From contig NW_021826030.1 in the NCBI RefSeq assembly GCF_006345805.1, positions 1-13,900 of the forward strand: a DNA stretch of 13,900 nt. Direction: 5' to 3'. Positions 1 through 9,295 of this stretch are shown here, piece after piece (the first letter of the stretch is position 1; every line of letters begins with the position of its first letter). The stretch is from Octopus sinensis. Taxonomy: Eukaryota. The notes under the pieces were generated by a model, which saw only the letters and a list, made by a program, of their open reading frames with translations, searched no databases and had not been told where the DNA came from. The position numbers and the translations under genes were made by a program.

Positions 1-32
1 GAATGGAGTCGAACGAAGATGTTAACAAAATT

Positions 33-123
33 CCTTTACTCTCGACACATGTTTCGAAGACAGCATGTTTCATTCCAAAGGAATAAGGGTGCATTATGCA
101 ATCTTCTCATCGGGAAAGAAAGG
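33..123 (-). ncRNA. Type I hammerhead ribozyme fold, family A (U4C core, long stem II)
   Basis: Minus strand: CCUUUCUUUC-CCGAUGA-GAAGAUUGCAU-(29 nt)-AUGCUGUCUUC-GAAA-CAUGUG-UC-GAGAGUAAAGG. Stem I 10 bp with one bulge, stem II 10 of 11 pairs, short stem III ACA/UGU, GUC cleavage triplet (C at 44). Confidence 0.7.
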
Positions 124-272
124 GAGCCTCTCTCGCCAACAAGACAAACAAAAATTTCGATGATTGCCTACATGTAAGCAAAGCGATAATGAGTGTTTCT
201 TTAAAAAAACCGTCAGAAGAATTGATGCTAAAAATAGATAGTAGGAAGAGAAGGGATAAAGCAATATTTTTT

Positions 273-359
273 TATATAATATATATATATATATATATAT
301 TATATATAATATATATATAATATATATATATATATTTTAATTAATATATTATATATATG
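273..359. repeat. (TA)n microsatellite
   Basis: Interrupted TA dinucleotide run. Confidence 0.95.
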
Positions 360-620
360 TAATGGAAGGATAAATCGATATAAGATTTTATCGTGTAGCC
401 AGCGTGTAAACCAGCGAAAGAAAAAAATAATTAATACAAGGTATCTAATTTTTTCCTTTATACATAAAATACATTATAATACCAAGGGCCATTTCTATGC
501 GCAAAAGTCACATGCCTTAATGAGATTCTAAAGTCAACCTACTTTAATAAGTATAAACACGCGCCGACATCGAAGGAATGAAAACTGGGAGAAATTCCTT
601 CAATAAAAACTAAAGGTTTA

Positions 621-676
621 GTCGTATAGCATTAATGATTTCCTGGTCACCGTGTTCTCCACTCGTCAGTACGAAC
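621..676 (-). ncRNA. Degenerate type I hammerhead fold, family B
   Basis: Minus strand: GUUCGUA-CUGACGA-GUGG-(12 nt)-CCAG-GAAA-UCAUUAAUGC-UA-UACGAC. Canonical core, stem I UCGUA/UACGA, palindromic stem III CAUUAAUG. Two pair-breaking changes (G10.1 opposite G; U15.2 opposite C). Confidence 0.6.
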
Positions 677-865
677 ATATCCGGCAATATATATATATAT
701 ATAAACATCTGTACATACCATACGAACACAACACTTCCAGTAGAGTATATATAAGTGTTTACATTTATAAATCCAATTCAAAGGGGTCTCTGCCCAGTTC
801 ATCTCGCCACGTGTGTATAATTTAATTAATTCAGCACTGAATATATTCCGGTTCAATATTAGTAA

Positions 866-980
866 ATACATACATACATACATACATACATACATACATA
901 CATACATACATACATACATACATACATACATACATACATACATACATACATACATTCATACATACATACATACATACATA
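866..980. repeat. (TACA)n tetranucleotide microsatellite
   Basis: Near-perfect TACA array; source of the MYVC/HTYI pseudo-ORFs. Confidence 0.97.
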
Positions 981-987
981 TTTTATC

Positions 988-1395
988 CTTTTATTCGTTT
1001 CAGCCAATAGACTGCGGTCATGATAGGACACCGGTTCTAATGCTATCGATGTCTTTTGCCTAATTACTATGTTACAGGGACGTAAACACACAAATACCTG
1101 ATATCAAGCGGTGGAGGGGAACAAGTACAGACACAGACAGACAGACAGACACACACACATATTCACACACACACAACACACACACACACACACACAACAC
1201 ACACATACACTCTCTCTCTCTCTCACTCACACACATATATACGACAGGCTTCTTTTAGTTTCCGTCTATCAAAGCCACTCTCAAGGCCTTGATCGACCCT
1301 GAGCTATAGCAGAAGACGCTTGCCTAGGGCGACACGCTGTGGCACTGAACCCGAAAATGTGTGATTGGGACACAAGCCTCTTACGGCACATTCCT
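988..1395 (-). mobile_element. Diverged tRNA-derived SINE (family 1)
   Basis: Reverse complement aligns by eye with copies at 3572 and 6036 (gctatagcagaagac, tttccgtcta, internal CA tract, tttcagcca/gactgcgg tail). Confidence 0.8.
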
Positions 1396-1869
1396 ATATA
1401 CATACATCCAGACCCAAGCACATGCACATACGTTCAAAGAGGGAGCGATGTCCAGTAGTCAACCGACTGAAAATCATTGACCACTGTGGAAAGCAACGAA
1501 ATGTAATGTCTATTTAGCTAGGCATTGTTTCATTTGAACTTTAAAAAATATTTTATGACTGTTGCAATGACTATAAACCTGTGTCTTTGTGTTATTATGA
1601 TGTCTATGTTAACATTTACAAAGTCTACGTTATCTCAAAATCATTAATTACTGATTCTGTCGGATATTGCTGTTTTTATACTGTATTAATACTTGCGTTT
1701 ATCTCTGCTCTTTTTTTCTTCCTGGTATCGTGTTTTATGGCGTCTAATGTTTGGAAGAACGGAGGAAACACTCAGCCTTTAAAGAATATAAAGAAACAAT
1801 CAACTAAAAATCAAAAAAGAACATTAAAATGTTAACTGTGTTAGAACATACGTACCTACAACGGAACGC

Positions 1870-2275
1870 CGAATGTGTGTTTATCTGTGTGTGTACTTGT
1901 CGAAGGTACTTTTCTTAAAAAATGTATACAAACGTATGTATGTATGTATGTATGTTTGTAGGCATTTCTTTCTTTCTTCCTTTACCCCCCCCTCTCGCTT
2001 TGTCTTTCTCTGATTCAGAAAGAAAACGATAATGGAACGAAGGAGATTAACAAACAATCGCGAATATAAATGAATGTATACACAAATACATACACACACC
2101 CACGCACACACACACGTACACACACACACATAAAGATCAACACACACACTCACAAACATACTCACATGCCCACGCTCACAGGCCCATGCACACACACACG
2201 TACACAAACACATAGTCTAGCACACCCACGCACACACATCCAGTGCACACACACACACAGACACACTCTCTTTTA
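1870..2275. repeat. Compound (TG)/(GTAT)/(CA)-rich simple repeats
   Basis: Degenerate CA and GTAT arrays with short unique spacers. Confidence 0.8.
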
Positions 2276-2614
2276 TATATATAGTCTTCATGGCATCTCT
2301 TGGCTTCGCTTTTGTTATGTCAAATTCCTTTGGTTAAAAGCAGCAAGATGGCGAAAATCATCTCTAACCTTTCGGTGGTGATCTCCGGGAAGAGAGAACG
2401 GAGTCGGTTACATCACTTTTGTTCCGTGATTCCAATGTCCACCAGCCAAACCAAAAGTCATCCGAAGTGAACAAAAGCGATGGAGACCAATTTTAAATGA
2501 TTATTCATACAAAATTTCGAGGAATATATACTTAACTCTTTAAGAATCACGGAACATATAAATCACAACATACCAACTTTAACATATGTTAGCCCTTCTA
2601 AATATCTCATATGA

Positions 2615-2626
2615 TGTATATATATA

Positions 2627-2704
<78 letters not shown>

Positions 2705-2724
2705 ATCTATATATATATATATAT
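2615..2724. repeat. (TA)n microsatellite
   Basis: Long TA run. Confidence 0.95.
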
Positions 2725-2824
2725 CTAAGCATTTTCCTTCCGTCTTTCAAAATGTGACTACGTGTGTACCGTTGGCGATTTTTTCCCCTCTGTCTTCCCT
2801 TCTCTGGATCTTTTCTTCTCCTAT

Positions 2825-2859
2825 GTTTCCGACGAAGAGCTCCGCTCGAAATGTTAAAC
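2825..2859 (+). ncRNA. Minimal type I hammerhead fold, family E (U4C, extra A after A9)
   Basis: GUUU-CCGACGA-A-GAGC-UCC-GCUC-GAAA-UG-UU-AAAC. Stem I 4 bp, stem II 4 bp, stem III reduced to AUGU (probably a CpG-decayed palindromic ACGU). Confidence 0.55.
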
Positions 2860-2961
2860 CCTCCTTCTTTCCTTCTTTCCTGAGCGTCCAATAATACTTT
2901 ATTTGTTCCACGTCCTCGCGTTGTTGTGTTTTTTTTTGCTTTCTTGTTTGGATTAACTTTA

Positions 2962-2992
<31 letters not shown>

Positions 2993-2994
2993 AT

Positions 2995-3215
2995 GTGTGT
3001 GTGTGCCCACCATCGCTTGACCGCTTGACAACCGGTGTTGGTGTGTTTACATCCCCATAGCATTAGCGGTTCGGCAAAAGACACCGATAGAACAAGTACT
3101 AGGCTTGCAAAGAATAAATACTGGAGTCGATTTGTTCGACTTAAGGCGGTGCTCCAGCATGGCTGCTGTCAAATGACTGAAACAAGTAAATGACTAAATG
3201 AATAAAAGAAAAGAA
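2995..3215 (+). mobile_element. 5'-truncated SINE family 1 (3' half)
   Basis: gcttgacaaccgg...ttagcggttcggcaaaag...ggcggtgctccagcatggc...aaatgactgaaacaagta matches the 3' half of the full-length copies. Confidence 0.9.
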
Positions 3216-3571
3216 TAACTGTCTGTAAGTACGTGTGTGTGTCTTTATGTGAATATCTGTGTGCGTGCATGTGTGTGTTGTGCGTGCGTGTGCGCATGTG
3301 TAAGCAATTAACCCATATCTGAAGCATTTGCAATCTAAGATTAAAAGTTCTTTGTAATCTCGAATTTTCGAAGACTTGTCGTCGCCATGGCACCAATAAT
3401 GATCATTCTTCCTTAATGGGCAAAACAGAATGCTAGGTAGTCTTGGACGTGTCCTTCTGAAGTAGATCAAAGACGTAAACGGCACGGATCAAAGACATTG
3501 ACTGGAGATAAACCGCCCAGCCCTCGTCAAGCGCATTCTACAATAAAATGTCTAAAGAGTTACAACAAATA

Positions 3572-3989
3572 GGCGCAGGGGTGGCTGTGTGGTAAGTAGC
3601 TTGCTAACCAACCACATGGTTCCGGGTTCAGTCCCACTGCGTGGAATCTTGGGCAAGTGTCTTCTGCTATAGCCCCGGGCCGACCAAAGCCTTGTGAGTG
3701 GATTTGGTAGACGGAAACTGAAAGAAGTCTGTCGTATATATGTATATTTATATATATGTGTGTGTATGTATGTGTTTGTGTCTGTGTTTGTCCCCCTAGC
3801 ATTGCTTGACAACCGATGCTGGTGTGTTTACGTCCCCGTCACTTAGCGGTTCGGCAAAAGAGACCGATAGAATAAGTACTGGGCTTACAAAGAATAAGTC
3901 CCGCGGTCGATTTGCTCGACTGAAGGCGGTGCTCCAGCATGGCCGCAGTCAAATGACTGAAACAAGTAAGTAAAGAGTAAAGAGAGTAA
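3572..3989 (+). mobile_element. Full-length tRNA-derived SINE family 1
   Basis: Pol III A box TGGCTGTGTGG, B box GGTTCAGTCCC, internal (TA)/(TG) tract, 3' stem-loop CAGTCAAATGACTG and AGTAA-repeat tail; near-identical to copies at 6036 and 11436. Confidence 0.92.
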
Positions 3990-4032
3990 CAGATTATAGT
4001 AAAGATTTGAAGGGCAACAATAATGGTAGCAA

Positions 4033-4250
4033 TAATCCTTTCTACTATAAGCACAAGGCCTGGAATTTGTGGGGAGGGGGATCGTTGATTACATTGACGT
4101 CAGTATTTGAATGGTTCTTAATTTATCGACCCTGAAAGTATGAAAGGTAAAGTCGACCTCGGCGGAATTCGATCTCAGAGACGTAACGACGGGCGAAATA
4201 CTATGCATTTCGTCCAGTGTGCTAACGATTCTGCCAGATTGCTGCGCCTT
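4033..4250 (-). mobile_element. tRNA-derived SINE family 2 (Nin-domain-like), diverged
   Basis: Reverse complement matches 5779-6009 (ggcagaatcgttagc, gaattccgccgaggtcgac, tttcatactttcagggtcgataaa). Confidence 0.85.
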
Positions 4251-4397
<147 letters not shown>

Positions 4398-4402
4398 TAC
4401 AA

Positions 4403-4450
4403 CTGGCAGAGATACCCGGCCTTGCTCGGGATTAAAATGGCATAGATTTA
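4403..4450 (-). mobile_element. Helitron-like 3'-terminal fragment
   Basis: Minus strand aatcccgagcaaggccgggtatctctgccag|t matches the 3' end of the 11009-11400 element (aatccgagcaacgccgggcgatactgctag|t); CTAG has decayed to CCAG. Confidence 0.6.
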
Positions 4451-4456
4451 TATTGC

Positions 4457-4715
4457 CTTACTTGTTTCAGTCATGTGACTGCGGCCATGCAGGAGCACCG
4501 CCGTGGGTCGAAGAAATCAACCAGAGGATTTATTCTTTGTAAGCCTAGTACTCATTCTGTCAGTGTCTTTTACCAAACTGCTAAGTTACAGGAATATAAA
4601 CACAGCAACATCACTTGGTGAGGGGTACAAACATATACACAAATATACGCATATACATACGAGAGTCTTCTTTCAGTTTCCGAGTACGAAATCCACTCAC
4701 AAGGTTTTTGGTCAC
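4457..4715 (-). mobile_element. Diverged, 5'-truncated SINE family 1
   Basis: ttacttgtttcagtca...gcggccatgcaggagcaccgcc...tttcagtttccg...aatccactcacaagg is the reverse complement of the SINE body; tRNA head missing. Confidence 0.85.
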
Positions 4716-4828
4716 TAGTATTTCTATGCTGCTCTGGTTTTTTCCTACGAGTTGTCTCTTGCTATTTGCACTTATGGCCTGCTATTCGTCTTGATGAATA
4801 TGGCAGACAATTAGCTAATCATATATAT

Positions 4829-5045
4829 TGCTGATGTTGTTTTGCATCAGGTCACACCTGACTGAGAAGGCCTAAGAATCAAACTCATTCTAGCCGTGAC
4901 CTTCACGTATTTTCAGATAAGATGGCCTCTAATGTCTCAGATTACATTATCTAATATGTCGTTCCGTTGTTCTTGAAGACGATACAGGGTGATTTGAGAG
5001 AAATTTGGCTGCTCTGTGTCTCAGGTTAAACGACCACGTGATTGC
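4829..5045 (-). mobile_element. Short non-autonomous retroelement, possibly RTE-derived
   Basis: Shares gtgatttgag(a/g)gaaatttggctgct with 10069-10225 and ends (minus) in a ...gtgacctgatgcaaaacaacatc tail. The RTE affiliation is inference only. Confidence 0.45.
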
Positions 5046-5098
5046 TTGACATGGACATTTATACTATGCATTGCCAATGTTGAAAGAACTCTCTAGAA

Positions 5099-5264
5099 CA
5101 GGGGTTCTGCAAGAAGTTACAAAACTGCTAAAATCGGCGGTAATTTTTAATTTTCCTGTGCAGATATGTGTGCATAAAACTATTAAATTATTGCACAGGG
5201 GTTCTTCGAGCCAGTGTAATGTTTCCTTGGGGTTCCGCTCCAGTAAAAAGTTTGAAAAGCACTG
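5099..5264. mobile_element. hAT (Charlie/Buster-type) MITE
   Basis: Ends CAGGGGTTCTGCAA ... TTGAAAAGCACTG (imperfect TIR); perfect 8-bp TSD CTCTAGAA at 5091-5098 and 5265-5272, fitting the NTCTAGAN target consensus of Buster/Charlie elements. Confidence 0.9.
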
Positions 5265-5778
5265 CTCTAGAAAGACAGAATGAACGAAAGGCTTTGTGTT
5301 CAATTAGTAATTGTTGGAAGTGGAAATAAATCTAAGACAAACCAGCCGAATGGAACTATTTATAGTCTTAACTACACCCACAGAAGGAAGGGGATACAAC
5401 ACTGTAAGGAAATGAAAACACACTCGTCAGTTTTACAGTACTGCCCCTGCTTCATTCAGACAAATGTGTTGGAGTGTTGTCATAACCACGGACACATCGT
5501 TGCGAAAATGATGGAATACAAAATTACCAATCCTTTGGCTGGTATTTCGACATCAAACCGATTCGGCATTCCTTAATTCTCGTCGATATATTTCAAATTG
5601 TTTTCCTGTGTGTATAATCGTTTACATGTATAATCTCGTGCCTTGGTGCATCGATAATGTCTCCAGCTACCAACAGAAAGGAAGCTGGTTCGCATGACAT
5701 CGCCAGTGTTGAGCTGTGTCCATGGCATTATATACTAAAATTCGCTGGTAGTCTATAACAACCATTATCATCATTAAA

Positions 5779-6009
5779 GGCGGCGAGCTGGCAGAATCGT
5801 TAGTACGTCGGGCGAAATGCTTAGCGGTAATTCGTCTGTCGTTACGTTCTGAGTTCAAATTCCGCCGAGGTCGATTTTGCCTTTCAACCTTTCGAGGTCG
5901 ATAAATAAAGTACCAGTTTCGCACTGGGGTCGATGTAATCGACTTAATCCCTTTGTCTGTCCGTGTCTGCCCCCTCTATGTTTAGCCTCTTGTGGGTAGT
6001 AAAGAAATA
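5779..6009 (+). mobile_element. Full-length tRNA-derived SINE family 2 (Nin-domain-like)
   Basis: A box TGGCAGAATCG, B box GAGTTCAAATTCC, central gcctttcaacctttcgaggtcgataaa...ggggtcgatgtaatcgact; flanking 21-bp duplication with 1 mismatch at 5754-5774 and 6010-6030. Confidence 0.9.
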
Positions 6010-6035
6010 TATAATAACCATTATCATCATCATCA

Positions 6036-6424
6036 CAGGAGTGGCTGTGTGTTAAGTAGCTTGCTAACCAACCACATGGTTCCGGGTTCAGTCCCACTGC
6101 GTGACATCTTGGGCAAGTGTCTTCTGCTATAGCCCCGGGCCGACCAATGCCTTGTGAGTGGATTTGGTAGACGGAAACTGAAAGAAGCCTGTCGTATATA
6201 TGTATGTATATGTATATATGTGTGTGTGTGTTTGTCCCCCTAGCATTGCTTGACAACCGATGCTGGTGTGTTTACGTCCCCGTCACTTAGCGGTTCGGCA
6301 AAAAGAGACCGATAGAATAAGTACTGGTCTTACAAAGAATAAGTCCCGTGGTCGAGTTGCTCGACTAAAGGCGGTGCTCCAGCATGGCCGCAGTCAAATG
6401 ACTGAAACAAGTAAGTAAAGAGTA
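6036..6424 (+). mobile_element. Full-length SINE family 1
   Basis: Same A/B boxes, body and tail as 3572-3989; ATCAC on both sides. Confidence 0.92.
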
Positions 6425-6785
6425 TCACCATTACGTGTCATCTGCTCTCAACAGGCTGAACATCAAGAATCTCCATCCGGGTCTATTCTTTGCTATTCCT
6501 GTACATCCGCGATGTGATAGTTTAGTCAGTCCTTGATGTCATGAAACCAGTTTGTTCTAGGTCTTCCTCTGAAGCACCTGCCACTTATCTTTTCCTTTCT
6601 ATTAATAGATCTGGTATACCACCTGCTTTTACCATATGAGCAAAGTACTTCAGCTTCCTTTATTTAATAATTGAAATTAATTTCTGTATTTTGTATTTGC
6701 TTATTGCAGCATTCTTCATGAATTTTATGCTTTGTCTAAGATATTTTTTATTTTCTTCTCAATGTATGCATTTCAAAAGCTTCCG
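6425..6785 (-). mobile_element. Decayed RTE-clade LINE 3' end
   Basis: Minus-strand translation across frameshifts gives AFEMHTLRR...RKLKYFAHMVK...LLIERK.SGRCFRGRPRTNWFHDIKD, matching the RTE C-terminal RKLxYFGH and GxRxRGRPxxxW motifs; ends in a (TGA)n-type tail. Confidence 0.75.
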
Positions 6786-7305
6786 GTTTGTCACGTGTCG
6801 CCAACGTCCGTATTTCTGGTAGTAAAATGCGCTACCATTTGTGTATTAGCAATAGCATACTACTAGTAGCACCGTTATACAATTATTAGAATCACAGACA
6901 TTATTTGAAGCCATTCCAATTCATAGAATGCACAAGCTATGAAAAGCAAAATGCAAACAAAACCAAAAGTACGGAGTAATTGTTACTTATTTCGGTTTAA
7001 TGTCTTTAAACAGTAAAATCCAGTGTGGTGGTCATTATTTTTCCGACAAACTCTGCCTTGAAGTTTTCAACAGGTCACTGGGCATAAATTGAACCTCCAA
7101 TCATAAACACACACACACAAAAAAAAGAATAATAATAAACGATCCCATGCGATGCTATATTTCTACCAAATTTCCTATCGTGATTTGAATGACTTCGTAG
7201 GTTGTGCTAAATGGTGAGGCAACAAGAGCATCAATGAGACCTCCATATTATGTAAATAGAGGAATTTATCTGTAATATAATATGTGACAATTATTCGGTA
7301 GCGAT

Positions 7306-7366
7306 AATAAGACTCCGAGTTTCGTATGCCGGGGCGGAAAACTGCTCTGGCATCTCGTCAGTTATC
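7306..7366 (-). ncRNA. Type I hammerhead ribozyme, family C (left arm)
   Basis: Mirror image of 7401-7461 with one G-U wobble in stem I; core fully canonical. Confidence 0.8.
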
Positions 7367-7400
7367 GAGGCAATCAAAAAATGCACTTTTTGATTGCCTC

Positions 7401-7461
7401 AATAACTGACGAGATGCCAGAGCAGTTTTCCGCCCCGGCATACGAAACTCGGAGTCTTATT
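7401..7461 (+). ncRNA. Type I hammerhead ribozyme, family C (right arm)
   Basis: AAUAA-CUGACGA-GAUGCC-(18 nt)-GGCAU(A)C-GAAA-CUCGGAG-UC-UUAUU. Canonical core, GUC triplet (cut 3' of 7456), stem III ACUC-G-GAGU self-complementary. Confidence 0.85.
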
Positions 7462-7496
7462 ATCGCTACCGAATAATTGTCACATATTATATTACA

Positions 7497-7564
7497 CACA
7501 CGTGCGCGCGCACACACACACACACATGAACACGCACACAAACACATACATACATACATACATT

Positions 7565-7600
<36 letters not shown>

Positions 7601-7613
7601 TACACAGACACAG

Positions 7614-7652
<39 letters not shown>

Positions 7653-7669
7653 CATACACACACACACAC

Positions 7670-7766
<97 letters not shown>
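7497..7766. repeat. Compound (CA)n/(TACA)n/(TA)n microsatellite
   Basis: Simple repeat arrays; the TA part is also the LINE tail. Confidence 0.95.
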
Positions 7767-7767
<1 letters not shown>

Positions 7768-9295
7768 CTTAGATGTTTCGATCAAAGATTGGTCCAGGCC
7801 ATGTCTAATTTAATAACACTATCCGATAGGATTAGCTAAACCCCTTTTGAAGTCAGGTTTTGTGGTATCATGGTCCATTCGAGTAGAGAGTTCTTGTTGA
7901 GTGAGTTGTATCCAGGTATGGGTGGCCTATCTGGTATTCCTTGAAGAAATTTGTTCAGACTCCGTTTGAAGGTGATGGGATCCTTTTCCTCTTCGAGCTA
8001 TTTCGGGACAATTTTAAATAGAGCTGGGCCTGTTGAGAAAAAGAAATTGTGTTGCCGTGTATCTATGTGATGTGATCCTGAACTGGGTAGGGGACGTATG
8101 GCCCGTGGTCCTAGCCTTGGAGGAATTTTGAAACTAATGTTGAGGTCGCTTGGGCAATGCTGGTGATAGATTTTCCACGTGGTGCAAATGATGCATCGCT
8201 CACGGCGGTGTTGGAGGAATAGAGTTTCAAAGCTTTGAGGTGGTCCCTATATTCGAGATCAGTTATGCCCTTAAATCTTTTAGTGAATGCCCTCTGGGGT
8301 GATTCAATTTCGAAATGTTTTGTTTTGTATGGGGAGACCACAGGGGGCTGCAATATTCGAGGTGTGGTCGTACAAAGGAAAAGAGAAATGATGACACCTT
8401 GTTCTCTGGATCAGAAGGTTCCAGGAGCTTATCCTAGGAGCTATATCGACCTTATTGTTGATGTGGGCACTCCAGCTGAGATTGTTGTCAACAATTACTC
8501 TTAGACCTCTGATATTATTAGATGCTATGAGTGGTTGCACCGAAGGAAGTGAATATGGTTGTTTTAGCATAGTCTTTCTTCCCAAATGCATCAGTTCAAA
8601 TTTTCCCTCGCTTACGTGAATTTTGTTTTTGTCTGCCCATTGATTTACTGCACGTAGATCAGACTGGAGTTCAGTTCGATCTTCTCCACTGATAAACTTG
8701 TGGAGTTCGGAGTCTCAGCGAATATTTTCACTTTGCAGTGTTTTATGACGCTGGAAAGGTTTATAAAGACTATAAACAAAAGCGGGCCCAAGATAGTCTC
8801 CTGAAGGACACCACTGGCGACTTTTGCTGGGCTTGAGTGGATTCCACCCATCAAAACATGTTGTGTTCTGTTCTCCAGAAAATACTCAATCTAGTGTAGT
8901 AGTTTCCCACAGATTCCAACATTTGTAAATTTTGACAGTAGAATATCGTGGTCAACTCTGTCGAACGCTTTACTGAAGTCAAGATATGTGACATCAGAGT
9001 TCGAACCTGTTTCCAAGGCTTAAAGCATGTCATTGAGGTGGTGTAAGAGCTGTGTTAGACAATCCCTGCCGCGGCGAAAGCAAGCCATGCTGGTTTGAAT
9101 TTAGGAGTTTGTGGCTTTCCAGGAAGCCAGCTACCCTTGATCTTACCACCCTTTAAAACACTTTAATGATATTGGAGGTAAGTGAGTTTGGGCGATAGTT
9201 GACTGCGCGGGATTTGTTTCCTTGTTTGCAAACCAGGATGACAGATTGGGATAAGAGCAGTTTCGGTGCAACCAGCGCAAGATCCCAAATTTTAT
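7767..9295 (-). mobile_element. 5'-truncated, decayed CR1-group LINE (RT domain and C-terminus)
   Basis: Minus-strand translation across stops and frameshifts: NYRPNSLTS, LLNSNQHG, TYLDFSKAFDRVDH, VASGVLQETILGPLLFIVFIN, VKIFAE (decayed FADD), LQSDL; 3' UTR ends ...gatcgaaacatctaagtta(ta)n. Confidence 0.92.

Larger units (their letters stand above)
7271..7496. repeat. 226-bp near-perfect fold-back palindrome (Penelope-like/retrozyme-type inverted end)
   Basis: Arms 7271-7380 and 7387-7496 (110 bp, one mismatch at 7366/7401), 6-nt spacer ATGCAC; the left arm continues to about 7238 in sequence also seen at 10978-11007. Confidence 0.95.

Noticed and set aside
866-980. CRISPR-like or telomeric array
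   Set aside because: Spacer-less tetranucleotide microsatellite in a eukaryotic context; not a telomere repeat unit.
1465-1515. CUGAAAA...CAACGAAAUGUAAUGUC
   Set aside because: G8 is missing and helices I-III do not form convincingly.
1581-1835. 84-aa ORF with a hydrophobic stretch
   Set aside because: No recognisable domain; hydrophobicity is explained by T-richness; no splice or start support.
2350-2400. Minus-strand CCGGAGA...CCGAAAGGUUAGAGA
   Set aside because: A6 is altered, there is no stem II and stem I is weak.
3572-3650. tRNA gene call for SINE heads
   Set aside because: A and B boxes are present but there is no full cloverleaf, and the sequence continues into the SINE body.
5415-5435. 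Minus-strand CUGACGA-GUGUG
   Set aside because: No downstream GAAA or stem II partner.
8645-8854. Intact reverse transcriptase CDS
   Set aside because: Fragment of a decayed LINE with stops, frameshifts and a broken FADD motif.
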